From: Dimorphilus gyrociliatus | Taxonomy: Eukaryota > Animalia > Annelida | Direction: 5' to 3' | DNA: 64,000 bases | Assembly (NCBI GenBank): GCA_904063045.1 | Contig: CAJFCJ010000006.1 | Location: 2,923,631-2,987,630 of the forward strand | Shown: positions 50,011-64,000 of the stretch, piece by piece | Layout: each line of letters begins with the position of its first letter | Position numbering within the stretch: the first letter of the stretch is position 1 | The notes under the pieces: generated by a model | What the model saw: the letters and a program-made list of their open reading frames with translations, nothing else | Told to the model about the DNA's origin: nothing | Databases searched by the model: none | Made by a program: the position numbers and the translations under genes

Positions 50011-51181
50011 TCACCTTTTCCAACTGACTCTAGACGATCTGGCAGCTGGTCTGTCAATTACTTTAACAAAATGAGTAGATTTGGCGGTCAATCGTCTGTT
50101 AAAATTGAAGATATCTTCTTTGTCGGGAAAAATTTTACCAAAGGCATTGATAAATTTAGCCTCTCCTCTGACTACTGTGTAGAAATCGCTGAGCGTCACA
50201 GCTTTATTACCACTTTTGTCCTGTTTTATTAATACTTTAATAAAAAATAACGAATGGCAAAATAAAAGCTACTATTTTAAATTAGGTTTCAATAACGTAC
50301 TAACGAATAGACGCAATAGGGATTTGGTAGTTCTAACAATTTGTCTTTCTCTTGCTTTGTTGTTGTAAGTCCGCCGCGGATCGAATTTTGCAGTCGTATC
50401 TTCCGCCACTGGGTAACACTGTATTAAGAGAGGAAGACGGCCGGATGAAAGGGGAAATAAGATATATAAGGTATATAAAAGAGTATGAAAAGAGCTTAAC
50501 GCGTGGAATGCTTTCCCGAAGGAATTCCATTATATCTTCACTGCTAATGTAACCGTAAGACCGTAAATCGTAAACATTAAAAGCCAGTGATATTTTCTCA
50601 TCCAGCGTTCCCCTAATGTACTTGGATAGGCCTACTATCAATTCCTCTACCGTCATTTTCTTTCCCCTGACGCAATTGAATGTTTCGTAGACTGAATTTT
50701 TGCGAGAGTTTAATAACGTATAAGTACCGATAAAAAATCTTCCAAATTGGATTATGTGTGTATTTAATTGATATACATACGTCTGGTTATTGCCAAACGA
50801 CCCGTAATGGAGAAAGTGTTTATCATGAATGTCTGGAAAGTTTGGAAATTAAACTCGGTTATATAGTAACAATATTGATCAAATTCCGTGTGTGCAAATT
50901 CATTTAGCACTTCTAATAACGCCTCCATCTCTTTTAATGAGACTACAAGATAAAAGTCAAAAGGTTAACCTTAATTATTATAAATAGCCCTACAACCAAC
51001 ATTTTGTCACGAGGGTCAGACATTTCAATACTTTTGTCAACGCCTCGTCGTCTTTATAGCGTAAAGTTATGTCTTTATACGATAGATGCCTATTCCAATG
51101 ACTCTGCTGTCTTGGATTTTTTAGATGTTGCGTTAAAAGACAGAAATCTATTTGCCGTTTATAAGATTTATAAGATTTCAT
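50011..51181 (-). CDS. EF-hand protein, EFCAB1/calaxin-like
   Basis: VEELIVGLSKYIRGTLDEKISLAFNVYDLRSYGYISSEDIMEFL, and later DKSG..VTLSDFYTVV..FINAFGKIFP. The start codon is tentative. Confidence 0.65.
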
Positions 51182-51635
51182 TGTATTTATTATATTTTTC
51201 TTATTTTAGTCACAAAATTGAATTGACTTAAATGTTATTGTTACGAAAATTGTTGTTTAAAGATTAATAGTAATAATAATAAAAAAAACAAACTCAAAAA
51301 ACAAAAAGTAAACAAAGTATATTCGATTTTTTCTCTTTTTTTTTAAAATAAATGCTGACAATGTTCTAAAGAAATTCTACTAAATGAATGTTTCGGAGCA
51401 GAATTTCACAAACGAAATACTCATTGCTTCCAATGGATCTTTAGAACGCAAACTAAGGGCAAAAAAAGGCAATATATACAGTATACATTGTATACCATAA
51501 TTATACAGTATTTCATTATTCTTTTTATTATATATTTGAAATTATAAGGAATATCCGTAATAAACAAAAAAAATTTTCATTTAATAAATTTGTTCAACGT
51601 CTTGTCTATTAATTATGTTTGTATTCTTTTGCAGA

Positions 51636-54159
51636 TTAATTATGCTTGGCCCGATGTCCTTTCATATATCCCACCCACCTGGCAGCGGTTTTTGTAAATA
51701 TACTTGATTGTTCTATCGTATTCAAGAGTAGCAATTGATTTATATGCGTTGTATGATAATCCCATCTGGCTAAATTTGGAGCTGTGCCGGGTAAGGAATA
51801 ATGTCGAAGATCGTAAAAAGAACCTGAACCAGAATCGTATAACGGTAGTAAAGTTTGTAAGGATTCCTATATAAAAAAGATAAATAAAGATGGAAGTTTA
51901 AGATGAATTTGATCTTACCATTCCGTCACTATATAATTTGCCAGAAAGTTGGTCTTCGGTCAACGTATAAACATCATAGAGGCCGATTAAGGCGTAGATG
52001 AATCCATTAAGAACAAATGATGGCGGTTGAGTGGGATATTCTTCATACCAGTCATATTTATCAGCGAATTTGGCTTTAACACCACCTTTAGATGACGGTG
52101 TAGAGAGTATGAAAGCTGCTTTTTTAGCAGCTTCCAAATACTCTTTTTTTCCAGTTCTTGAATAAGCTCTACATAGTAAAGACATTGCTTGTCCCTGAGC
52201 CATCGCGGAGTACCATCCAGCGGACAATTCTAGCTCACCATTTGCTAAATTTCTATCAACGTTTATTGGCCAGCCACCACTTTTGTCTTGATTTAATAAG
52301 AGCCATTTAGAAGCATAATAGAAATAATCCAAGTGAGCTTGATTAGATAAAGTCATGTTATCAATAGCACCATTCCCAAAAAATTGAATTTTTAGCAGGT
52401 TTACTAAAATTTTATTCTTTTTTTTCATTTTTTTAGGTTTACGTAAAATCATTCCTTTAAGAACGTCTATAGCTATATTTCTAGTCAATTTAAACCAATC
52501 AGAACCTGAACTTTTCTTGCCAAAACCATAAAATATATTATTGCCTCTTGATTTAATAAGGGTATTACTCTGTACATAATATAAATTAAAAGTCTCTCCT
52601 CCTTTAACTTCCACAACTAAAAGTAAAGTTGAATTTTTGCTTATTTTCCAATCTACAGAAAAATGTTCATATTTTAAACTTGAATCAATTGGCATACTAA
52701 TTGAGCCAGAGTTATCGCATTTGTAAGATAAAATTTCCTTATTGGAATTAGTTTCGCAGGAATGCACATTCCATAAATTTGAAAATTTTCCATTTTCGAG
52801 AAAAGTAGACTTTCTAGATTCCTCATTCGAAGCAAGATACTTACTATAATGAGATAATCCATATTGCGCTATTTGTATAGGATAATAGTGTCCCTGTGAA
52901 CCCCATTGAGTCGAAATAGGTACACCATCAACGGCCGAAACACATTTTACCCTGTCTCTTATCTCTACATTATAAAATTTAAAAGTCATAAAGGGTCCTG
53001 AAGGTGTATGCTGCGATTCGGGTTCTATAACCCTTGAGTAACTATGTTGAAATGAAAACGCCTGCTTCTTATCAGGGCTTTGAACTAACTGGCCGTAAAC
53101 CTATCAAAAAAGAGAGATCTTTTACTAACACACGTCCAGTTTAAAACACTACATTTGTCCAATGAGTAACACTCGAAAAATAACATTCATGACCTCTTTG
53201 CAAGAACATTTTTAATCCAATCTCTTGGTGGTTGATTTTAACGAGATGAAAATTAGCAAAAAATTAGTCCAACCTCTCTGTTTCTCCAAACACAGAAAAG
53301 ATAAATTGTACATTCTAACGATTTTGTTTTACTAACGTATAAGTTATATGGATAAGCAGTAGAGAGAGAGAGAGAAAGAGAGATACAGAGAGCGCCAAAA
53401 GAACATCTCTACTATAAATTGGATGAAATTAATATAACAGATATGTTTCTTTTGATTAGAAAGAATTTAATATTAAATCTCAAGTAATATTTAAGTTATT
53501 AAAACGAACAGAGAGAGAGAGAGAGATCTTCATTCTAATTGGAAACATAGTAAAAATGTTTACATTCCACAAACCTTCACATTTTATGGAATGATATGAT
53601 TATTATAACGAGTGCTCCTCTTAAGTGGACAAGTTGATTTATAAGGATATTTACCTCAAAGTAATTTTCAATAAATGTAAATGGCATATAGATATCATTA
53701 TCAGTATCCAAACACTGTACTGAGTATTCTTCGTTTATGTTGCAGTTTATCTTTTCTATATTGTTGGAAGTATGGAGTGTCGGCAAACGGCTGCTGTATA
53801 AATATTTTTCAGCACTTAACCTAAATATACACGACAGCAAATCTATCATAAAAGTTATTTGTGCGAAATGATACAATTACTATCAAGCCTAATAAAGATT
53901 TTTATTATAATTTTTGTACAGGCTTATAAGTGTAGTCATAAAAAATCTCATTTTGAGGGAACTTTACTGCTAAACATAATCTACTATTCAAGTGGTTGAT
54001 TACTAATAAAATATTGGTGATAATAATAATAGTAAAAACTTACCTTTCTCGATTGAATTCGCCCTTACCAAATGCACAGAAGCTTAGCCTATAACATATG
54101 TATATGCAACAGCAAAATAGGAATACGATGACTAAGAACCGAAGTCCTCGACGGGCCAT
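51636..54159 (-). CDS. GLCE: D-glucuronyl C5-epimerase (heparan sulfate)
   Basis: Type II anchor [18 protein letters not shown]; [39 protein letters not shown]; [15 protein letters not shown]; [24 protein letters not shown]; ends GHRAKHN stop. Confidence 0.95.
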
Positions 54160-54777
54160 TGCAGACTAATATGTGCAGTAGGCATCAAACCAGCCAACTT
54201 TATCCATAAATCCTAATTTAGTCAAATTACTAGCATTAATGAACCTTTCTTTGATCCTATATTATGAGAAAAATTATCCGCAGTCCACAAGCCAGACACT
54301 TTTCATTTAGTAAAAAGAGATTGTTTTGGATGTTTTTTGTCTGAACGGTTTCGTGTACGACAATTAGTGAGTAAACAAATAGCTATATGTAGCTGCATAA
54401 AAAAGACTGAGCATTTCCACTTTTCCAATGTTGTATTATAACACGGTTCCCTTAACTCTGCTGATAATTAATCACAAGAAGTGGATAGGAGTAGGATACC
54501 AGTTAACTTATGATCATGTGACTCAGAGGAATATTCCGGAAATTTTAAGCCGCTAGAAACTGGTTATACTAATCGTTGATTTAAGATAAAATTTAAAATA
54601 TCTTGCTATAAGTAATTGAATATTTTTTTATATACAGCTAGGTATATTAATATTTTCTATTTAAACTTTCAACCTTCGAATTAGACTAGTTTTCTATTAC
54701 GAAATTAATTTTTATCTTACTTTCATTGCCTCTTTTCTACAAACTGTTAAAAACATGCATTTTTTTAGCTTGACAAC

Positions 54778-55804
54778 ATGTCGAAAAATCACTCCTTTGG
54801 CAAAATGGAAGTTATTGAATCAGAAGACAAAAGCTTCAACAAACATATTCTTCAAGAAGGAACAGGAGAAAAGCTTATCAACGAAGGTTTCATTTTCACA
54901 CATTCTAAAAGAACATTCAGATATTCATAAAACTATCATTTATTAAGGTTCCCTCGTAAAGGTATATATCTGTTGTATCGATAATCCCGATATGGATAAA
55001 GATCTTTTGGGCAACTATACGTTGAATGAATACTTTGACGTTACCATTGGAGAAGCGGAGTCAAGTATCGCTGAACTGTTGGATAAAATATTAATAACGA
55101 TGAAAGAAGGAGAAAGAGCATATGTTAAGACAAAAATGGATCAGAGTGGAAACTTGACGTCAAAATCTATAACACATGACAGTCTTAATTTGAAGAAAAC
55201 AGAGTCGGATTGTCTCTTAAAATTTCAAGTATTTCTCAATCTTGATAAAAAGCTTTAAGATGTTTGACAATATACACGTTTTCAGATATCGGTACAAAGT
55301 GTCACTCGATCTGCAGATATATCTGATCTTGAGGCTGACGAGCGAATAGAAAGGGCAGAACACTATAAAGAAAAAGGATCAATTTTATACAAGAATAATA
55401 ATTTGACATTTGCAGTGAAGAAGTATCGGAATTCAATTAAATATTTAACTTCTATACCAGAGGAATCATTACCGAAAATTCCTGAAAAACTCCGTCAAGA
55501 ATTTCGTCGCTTGGTTCTGCTAAATCATTTGAATTTAGCTCTTTGCTTTTGGAAGATAGAAGAATGGGATTTAGTTTTAAAGCATTGCGATGAAGCTCTC
55601 TCTCTCGATCCAAATAATGTGAAGGCATTATATCGTAGGGCTCAGGGCTACTCAAACAAGTATAATTACGAAGCAGCTTTAAAAGATTTAAACAGTATTT
55701 TAAAGATAGAAGAAGGAAATAAGGCTGCCCTTAAGGATATTAAAATCATTTCCGCTAAAAAACAACAAGAAAAAGATATGTACAAAAAGATGTTCAATTC
55801 GTAA
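54778..55804 (+). CDS. FKBP-type (degenerate PPIase) plus TPR co-chaperone, FKBPL/FKBP51-like
   Basis: KHILQEGTG; TIGEAESSIAELLDKILITMKEGERA; AEHYKEKG..YK; NHLNLALCFWK..CDEALSLDPNNVKALYRRAQG; ends MYKKMF. Confidence 0.8.
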
Positions 55805-56146
55805 ACTCTTTCATTTCTGCCATGTGTTGGATTGTTCTACTTGAAGCAAATTGTAATATCTTATGAATTGTTCTTTGAGTGTTATTCAATATATCATTTA
55901 AGAATTTGTCATCGTTTGCAAATTGAATTATAGCTATAAATTTATAACAGCTGAATGAGTGTAAAGCGAAAAAATAGGGAGGCTAAGTTTATTATAAGAC
56001 AAATTAACAGGGTTGCTTTTAAATGCACAGTTTTTGAGAGAAATAGTTCTTGCTAATATTTAACGATAACGATTATACAAATCTCAAAAAGTTTATTATT
56101 ATTTACTGTACGTTTTAAAGATGACTTTTAAGATGGTACTTATAAG

Positions 56147-59100
56147 TTAAATAAGATTCAACTTTGACGTGGATGAAGGATTAGATATCACTGTGTTGGA
56201 ATTTCTTTCTCTTTGAATTGCCGCTATTTTCTTACCTTTTCCCTCCATTATTAACTTGATATCTTCAAAATCAAGGGTTTCATACTTCAGTAATGCTTTA
56301 GCTAGTTCTTTGTGTTCTTTGTGGTGTTGTCTCAGTATGGTCTTAGCTCGATCATATGATTCCTAGAAGAAAGAATTTAATATTAGATTTTTTTGGCCCA
56401 TCATGGGAGAATTACAGATAAATACATACATATAAAAGCCTCCTTATTTCCGAATCCACCAATTCAGTTGTCGCTGGGCTAACGTCATTAACCTTTAGGG
56501 TCGTTAAACCCGAATCGAATTCACTATCATCAAATACCCTAACTCCCACCTTATCTGACATTCCAAACTTCTTTACCATCGATTTGGCGAGATTGGTTGC
56601 TACAAGAAAGTCAGAAGAAGCCCCTGTTGTTACATTTTCACTTCCATAAATCAACTCTTCAGCTACGCGCCCTCCCATGGCGACGTCCATTTGGGCAAGT
56701 AGTTGAGCTTTACTCTGATTATATTCTTCTTTTTCAGGTACAAATGAAGTATGACCAAGGCTCATTCCACGTGGTACAATTGTTACTTTATGAAGAGGCG
56801 TTGCGTTTTTTGTGTAAAAAGCCACAATGGTGTGACCGGCTTCATGGTAGGCAGTCATCTTGTTGGTTTCTTCATCGGGTATCCTAGTTTTCTTAGCTGG
56901 TCCCATAAGAACCTTATCTTTCGCGTACTCTAAATGTTCCATAGATACAGCTACAGCTGAATCCATTGCTGCTTTTAAAGCTGCTTGGTTTACCATATTT
57001 TCCAGGTCCGCTCCTGTACATCCTGTTGTTCCTCGTGCTAGTTTATCAATGTCTATAGATGAATCAATCGTTATTCTCTTCAAGTAATGTTCAATAATAT
57101 CCCTTCGTCCCTTTAAATCAGGCGGGAAAACACGAACTTCAACATCAAATCTTCCCGGTCTCAATAAGGCCTTATCTAGGTTATCACGTCTATTCGTAGC
57201 GCCCAATACAATAACTCCTACAGTTTGCTGGAATCCATCCATTTCAGAGAGTAATTGATTTATTGTTTGATTAGCGTATGGATGTATCTGGGAGCTAGTT
57301 CTTTTAGCCCCGACCGTATCTATTTCATCAATAAAAATTACACATGGGGACCTAGCCTTAGCAGCATCAAACAGTTGTCTAACTCTCTTTGCACCAGTTC
57401 CGACAAAAATTTCATCAAACTCTGAGCCAGAGGCATGAAAAAAAGGAACCGACGCTTCTCCAGCAACAGCTCGTGCTAATAAAGTTTTACCAATACCAGG
57501 AGGGCCAACTAACAAGACTCCTTTGGGGAGCTTCGCTCCTAATTTCTTAAACCTCTCTGGATCTCTGAGGAATTCCACGACATCCTGAAGCTCCTCTTTG
57601 GCCTCATCAACTCCCATCACATCATCAAACGTAACATTAATTTCTTCAGGATTGACTTCATATCTTTCGCCTTTTAGGACATTCAAACCTTTCATATCTG
57701 TAAAATAGTTATATTTTAGCATTATTCGGATGTTATGAAAAACAATAAATAGCAAGCTTTTTTCTTAAGCCTATTAGTTTACCATTTTCCATCACTAAAG
57801 TACAAAATTACAGAGATAAGGTATTTTCATAAGATCAGCGTAAAGAGAGCAATACTTACTACCGCCTATGACCGTGAAACCCTGGAGAATTTGGAAAACG
57901 ATCCATATTAGTAGACCGTACCAAAAAAATTTAAAGAACCAACGGGATACAGTCGAAGTTTCAGCCTGTTGACCCTTTCCCGATTGATCTATACAATTCG
58001 TAGATTTATAAATTTATATATATGCAAATTTATTAATATAACATTTTTAAACTACACACTTGCTGAATAACCTTCTGCGAAAGCAACTTTTAATTGTTCT
58101 TGAACTTGCGGTTGCTTTTCAAAAGAAGAAATTATTTTCTTTAGATTTTGACTGTCCTGTCCACTACTTTCTGACGATTTTTTCATCACCTTCTCTCTCA
58201 GCTACATGATAAATGGAATCAAATATAGATAAATTCTATATTTTTTACATTTCTTACCGAATCTTTTAGTTGATTTAGAAACGCCATACTAGAATCAGTA
58301 TCAGCCGATATTTTCCCCATACCCCTAGGATTTGGTCTATACTTAAAAGTTCTTATTTGTTGTTGGAGAAAGCCTAAATAGAATGCATTGGTTAATACAA
58401 GCATAGTAAATAAATGCAAGATATTACTAGAAAAGTTGTGTTTTCGATTAATAAAGTTCGGTAAGGTAAGTTTGAACGCTTCAACAGGCCTGTTAGAGAG
58501 TACATCTTCCAAGAGGTGAGTCCCTGGAAAAAATTAATGTATAAATATATGTGAATACAGTGTCTCTTTTATTATAACAATTATGAGTCAATGTCGTACT
58601 TAAAAGGATTGTATTTCTATGTTATAGCAATGAAAGATATAGTCAAAATAATAAGTATTACTTACTATTTTCTTGCCCAAATATTTCTTTTGTGTCATTT
58701 AGGTTTTTAGCCAAGTTTAAACTTTCAAAACTTTTCGCATCTTTTTTAAATATTGCTTCAATTTTTATGTGCTTAACAAGATTCTCCAAACCAATTTCTT
58801 TCAAATCAGTTTTCACCTGAATATGAGATATAGAACAGAGCATTAACTATTTTTTTTTGCTATTTATCTTTAGCATTTAATCAAAAAAATGAGATTGAAA
58901 ATTTTTAATGCTATTTGAAAGAAGTCATGACAAATATGGCATAATTTAATAATTTTGTTGAAAATTAAAGAATTGCTTGAGTAAAACGATGCAACCCTAG
59001 GAGTATATGTGTTTTTATATATGCACTTATATATTCAGTACAAAGTAGTTGAAAATATGAACATACATGCTCTGTGAAATGCTTCGTAATATCCTCTGTC

Positions 59101-59321
59101 TCTAGCTTTTCCAAGTCATTTAGATTACTTTCTTTCTGTACTTTTGTGCTTACTTTTCGTCGAGCAGGTAGCATTGACCGAAAGGATGACCATGCTGCTC
59201 CGATTTGAGATAAAGGTAGGATGAGTTGCTAAAATCAGATAACAACACATTGTCAGCGATTAATCCGATAATTTTTCGACGTAATACCAACCTGCGAATG
59301 TCTTGAATTTATTGGAAACAT
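56147..59321 (-). CDS. YME1L1: ATP-dependent zinc metalloprotease YME1L1 (i-AAA)
   Basis: [10 protein letters not shown] / QLILPLSQI; Walker A GPPGIGKT; VIFIDEID; [11 protein letters not shown]; HEAGH zinc motif; GASSDF. Confidence 0.97.
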
Positions 59322-60424
59322 TGATATTATATATTTTTTTTATGTGGTTGCAGTATTTTTGACTTATTTCGTAAGCGATATTTAGGGTTCCGTTTTTACT
59401 GCAATTACCGGTAGCGCTAAATGGTGGAAAGAGCTGCTAGAACTCTAAATCACATATTTTAATTATCACTTTTCCTCAACTTAAGAAATATACTTCCTTT
59501 TAGATGAAAGATATAGTTAACTTGCATAGTTTACTTAAAAAGTAAAAGTTCTAATAATTGTATTAATAAATTTTTTGCGTGAATTTGTGTCACTTTTCGT
59601 AAATAATTTTAAATACTGAGTTTAAAGTACATAATCATTTTTTCAATTGGGAAAGCAGCTTAATGTCTAATTATAAAATTAAAGTTTTGCGTCATGAATA
59701 ATATGAGACTTCTCCATATTTTCCTTCCTGGCTTTTTAGCTGGACCCATTATTTTGTACTAAATAACCTTGAACTCCGTTCCTTACAAAATCATGTATTC
59801 TCGGTAAAAGCTAATGATTTGTTGTTGAAAAACATATGGCAGCCATTTTATCAAACATACTATATGCTACGTCTAACACAAACTTTATTTTCGTAATTCG
59901 CAGTGAAAATTCTTGACTTTTGGTATTTAATTTCATATTTTAAAATATAGAGTAGCACTAAAATTCTATTTAATTTAAAATCTTTTCGACAGTGCTAAAC
60001 TATACACGGAGTTAAAACATAATTTTAAGTATTACTTTACAATATATTCTTTCTAAAGTAGGCTTTAAGTGAGGCTAAAACACTTAACTTGCGTTAAATA
60101 GTCTAATGAATAGTACAAAATTATTAGATATTAAAAATATACAGGACTTTTAACTTGTAAACTTTTCAATAAATTGAAAATTATATAAAAACTTTCAAAT
60201 TTATATTTTTATTCATATTAGGCAAAAGTTTCATTATAGTAATATTTAGTAGGTAGATTAATAAATATAATAACTTTTTACACTTAAATTGAATATGACT
60301 GTGATAAATGATTTATTTCAATGCACGTAATTTAGTTGTAGCGTTGATATGTTTACTATCATGGCGCCTAGTCAACGAGACTTCGAAATTTGTTGTTGAA
60401 ATAAGTAAAAAAATAGAAGACATA

Positions 60425-63400
60425 ATGGCTACACCATCATCAATATCAACTGTAAGTCAAATATCAGGAGTAAATAATGCAGTTGAACAACTTCAAGAGC
60501 TTGGTATGTTTTTAAATCAGAAAGTTTTAATGGAAATAATTTCTCTTTATAAAAATCTAATTTAGCCATTCGAATGAAGACAAAAGGGGTAGGATTTAGC
60601 AGTGAAGATGTTGACAGTGTCGATTATGTAATTGATGCCTTAAATAAACTGGTATGTAATAGTGTAATTTAATTAATAAAAGTTATAGTTTAATTAAAGA
60701 AAAAAAATCATCTATCCAGGACGAGGAAAGAGAACTTATTAGACAAAAGTTAGAAACAGAAACAATAAATGCAAGTGTTCTTAGGCATGAACTGAAAGAA
60801 TTTCCTACAATAATTAAAAAGGAAATTTCGGCTGCTGTCAGTGCGGCAAGGGCTGCCAATGCCGATAACATTCAACGACTTAAACAGGAATTATTTGATA
60901 TGAATGAAAATATTGAAAGACTTGAAAACGAACATAGACAATTAGATGTTGAAAATGCTGAATTATTGTAAGTTTTTCAACTTCCGCTTATTTTCATCAA
61001 ATCGCTCAGATTTCTCAATTAATATCACTAACACTAGGTGTCACTACATGTCAATTAATTAAAAAATTTCCACAGACCTCGCAGAGACGAAATTCGAGAA
61101 AAACATAACGATATTATACACTCTTTGAACGAAAGAATGGCCGAAAAAGCAGCGTATGTTAAAACATTATATTAGTAAAATAAACGAATAAATAAATACT
61201 TTGAATTTGAATATTATAGAAAACAAATAACTTTGAACGAAACAAGAGATCAACTTCGAGAAACAAATGAAAAGGTTCTTTTTTTTTCGTATTTTTAAAC
61301 TTCAAATTATTAAAAATGTTCTTAACATCACTCTGTATTCACTCTGTAGATATTAGACTTGGAGGATGGAATTACACAATTAAAAGAAGCTTTAATTGCT
61401 GAAAGGGCTCAAGTAAGAATGGAGAAGAAAAAATTAAAAAAGGCTGTTGTAAGTAAAGATTAATTACCTTATTATCCAATTTAAGATTATTTGGAAAAAT
61501 TACTATTCTATTCCAGTATGATACAACCTTGAAAAGTAGGGAACAGCAAGAATTAAATACTGGTAAAAAAAAGTAAGCAATTGTTTATTATTCATCATTT
61601 TAATAGAATAAAGGTATTATCTTTAAATTCTTATTTATTTAGAGAAATGGATGGTTTATATGAACTATTAACCGAAAGTGAAGAGAAACTAAGTCTATTA
61701 AAGAAGGTAATATCAATCTCTTCCCTTTTCCCCACATTACTCTTCTCAAAACTTGTCATTTTTCTTTTCTTTTTTTTTGTTTAATAGACAATAAGAAAAT
61801 TTGAACAATCACGTAACGTTTTAACTGAAAAAGAAAAGAATTTGTCGGATCAATTACGGCGAGAACATCAGGAGAATGAAGCTTTACGTGAAGAAGCGTA
61901 AATTTTTTATAATATCTCCCTAAATATAAAGAGTTTTAACTATTTAATTGAAAATAAAAGGAAACGACTAAGAATAGAAAGGGAAGAAGCTGAAAAGAAT
62001 TTTTCGCAAATGAAATCCGAAAGATCAGACTATATAAAAGAGGTTACATTTCTCTTTCCTTTCTATTATCTTTTCTGCAAATTTTTACTTTTTAGTTGAA
62101 AGCAAATTCTGAAAAATTAGCATCTGAATGCGACATTCTTAAAAGAGAAAGAGATGCACTTATCGTTGGTAAGTTTAGAATAAAAATATTAATTTTACAG
62201 TGCGTCGAAATAAATGATTATCTTTAAAAGATTTAAATGAAAAGTCTAATATACGTAAAAGAGATTCAAAGATTGTTAAAGAAAAGCAACAAAAGTTTGT
62301 TTAATTATTTAGTCATTGTGTAATTTTAATTATTATTCTTTTAAAAAGGTTAAATGATTCAAAGACTGAATTTGCTAACTTGGCCGAAGATACCGCTAAA
62401 ATGAGACAAGATATAGTTGAAATGGAAGAGAGAATGATTGAATTAAATGAGTCACACGAGTAAGAACGTTTGCCCCCTCCTTTTTCTAGCGTTTTCCACT
62501 TAATCAAGCGTTACCCGATAGGGTGAAAGAAAATTAATTAATAAATTCAATTTTAAGTCTATTTTTAGGCGAATAGCGTCTCGATTTCATGAGAATTCTG
62601 TTTAAGCCCTTTGCCTCATTTTACTCTCTTTTCGCACTCTAAAAAAAGGGGTCTGTTAACCAGAACATAAGAATTACTATCACGCAAGCCGTCACCTTGT
62701 GGACGACATTCTATAATTAATACAAGAATTAGTTAAATTACTACATAATGTAATAAAGATAAAAATAAATTTGATCCAATTCCAGGGCAATAGTCGCTAC
62801 TCTGAATAAACAAATTGAGGAGGCAAGGCAGCAGTTAGGAAAGGAAAGGAAAGAACGGTATACCTAGTGCAATTAAATTAAATTGTATTATTAAAATGGG
62901 GCGATTTCCTAAAATAGAATGGAAGCTCAAGCTAAAAGAGATGAAGTACAGCAGAAAATTGATGAAGTTCGATATGAAGCCAATAAAAGTATGACTCTGA
63001 TGAGCAAAGCCATTAACGAAGGCAAAAAGGAACACGATAGTCTAGCTAGAGAGGTAATTAAAAAACAAAATTCTTTTAAAGGGCTATAAAAGAATCTTTT
63101 ACCTATATATTATCTATCAGGGTACTCAACTTCAAAAATCCATTAGAGAAAACGATTCTAAAATCAAAAGTTTAGCAATGGAATTAACTAATCTTCAAAA
63201 ACTCTACGAAGATAAAGTTCAATCATTTAATAAAGATATTGCCGATCACGAGGTTATATTTAATATTAATCAAACTAGTTAAAAAAAAAACAACAAAAAC
63301 AATAATAAACAAACATAAAATAATGAATTAGGACGAAGAAGAGAAGCTAAAATTGAAGAAAGAACATTATTCCGTAGTTATTGGTGAAAAAACTGAACCG

Positions 63401-64000
63401 TTTAAACAATTAGAAGCCGAGTACGAAGAAAGAACAAAAGCTTATAATGAATTAAAAAGTGAAGTTGTTAGTGAGTAGTGTTTATGATTATAATTTCCGT
63501 TTTAGATTGAATTTATGATACTTAGGTTCGAATAATACTAGGATGATGTATTTAGCCGAATATAATAAACATAATACAGAAATTATAGATAGAGTGGTTA
63601 GAATTAGCTTAAGATTTGACTTAATTAAATAGACTATTCAGGATAGCTTTAACTTTTTCTTCTGAATTCGAACCATACTTTTTACAGCACAAAAAATTAA
63701 AAAGAAACAATTAGAAGAATCTGTTAAAAATGCTTCAACAGAAATTGAAACTATGATTAATCCTAGAGTAAGATTTTATCATTCTAATTATTCAAAAAAT
63801 GTATATCTTTTATATTTTAACGAAAAATTAGAGTACAATAAAGAAAGAATTAAATGCTAAAAGGCAAGAACTAAAGCATTGTATGGAGAGACGTCATAGC
63901 GATCATAAACAATTAGAATCCGATATTTATGACGCTACAGCAAAATTGGAAACAATTAACGAAGCGAATAGAAATTTTAAAAAAGTAATTTTGTTTTTAA
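60425..64000 (+). CDS. CCDC175: Long coiled-coil protein, CCDC175-like (runs off the window end)
   Basis: Many short exons. LETETINASVLRHELKEFPTIIKKEISAAVSAARAAN and SLNERMAEKAA-KQITLNET resemble the CCDC175 N-terminal region as I recall it. Confidence 0.55.

Noticed and set aside
53360-53526. (GA)n tracts in a GLCE intron as a special element
   Set aside because: These are short ordinary microsatellites with no further support.
60330-60380. Possible RFX X-box upstream of the CCDC175-like gene
   Set aside because: Only a partial match (GCCTAGTCAAC), too weak to call.

Overview
This is eukaryotic, very AT-rich, gene-dense animal DNA with mostly ~55-70 bp GT-AG introns. That fits a miniaturised invertebrate genome; a meiofaunal annelid such as Dimorphilus is only a guess. 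The window has three zones. (1) 1-1453: the 3' end of a giant metallothionein-like gene built from about ten 123-bp/41-aa units with 16 Cys each, in a frame the ORF track missed. (2) ~2-41 kb: a tandem array of 11 divergent paralogs with an architecture I do not recognise as described: N-terminal MG lipidation motif, SPSB-type SPRY domain without a SOCS box, ARM-like helical repeats, and a NEURL4-type ADP-ribosyltransferase (ART) fold. Four full-length members keep the HGT/SP(S/T)/ExE-type motif set with a full-length loop, and one keeps the motifs with a shorter loop. Two have lost the HGT His. Two are SPRY-less ART forms, one lacks the ART, and one is ARM-only. Interspersed are a tRNA-Lys(CTT), an MSP/VAP-like gene, a divergent tetraspanin and a secreted EGF/PAN/F-type-lectin-like gene. 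The array looks like a birth-and-death innate-immune sensor/effector/decoy cluster. (3) ~41.7-64 kb: a mostly conserved block of EIF3G, ESF1, an invertebrate claudin, SEC61G, an orphan LRRCT membrane protein, an EFCAB1-like gene, GLCE, an FKBP-TPR gene, YME1L1 and a CCDC175-like gene. No transposon, CRISPR array or rRNA was found. Gene spans are start-to-stop, read by eye through inferred introns. All family assignments come from remembered motifs, not database searches.
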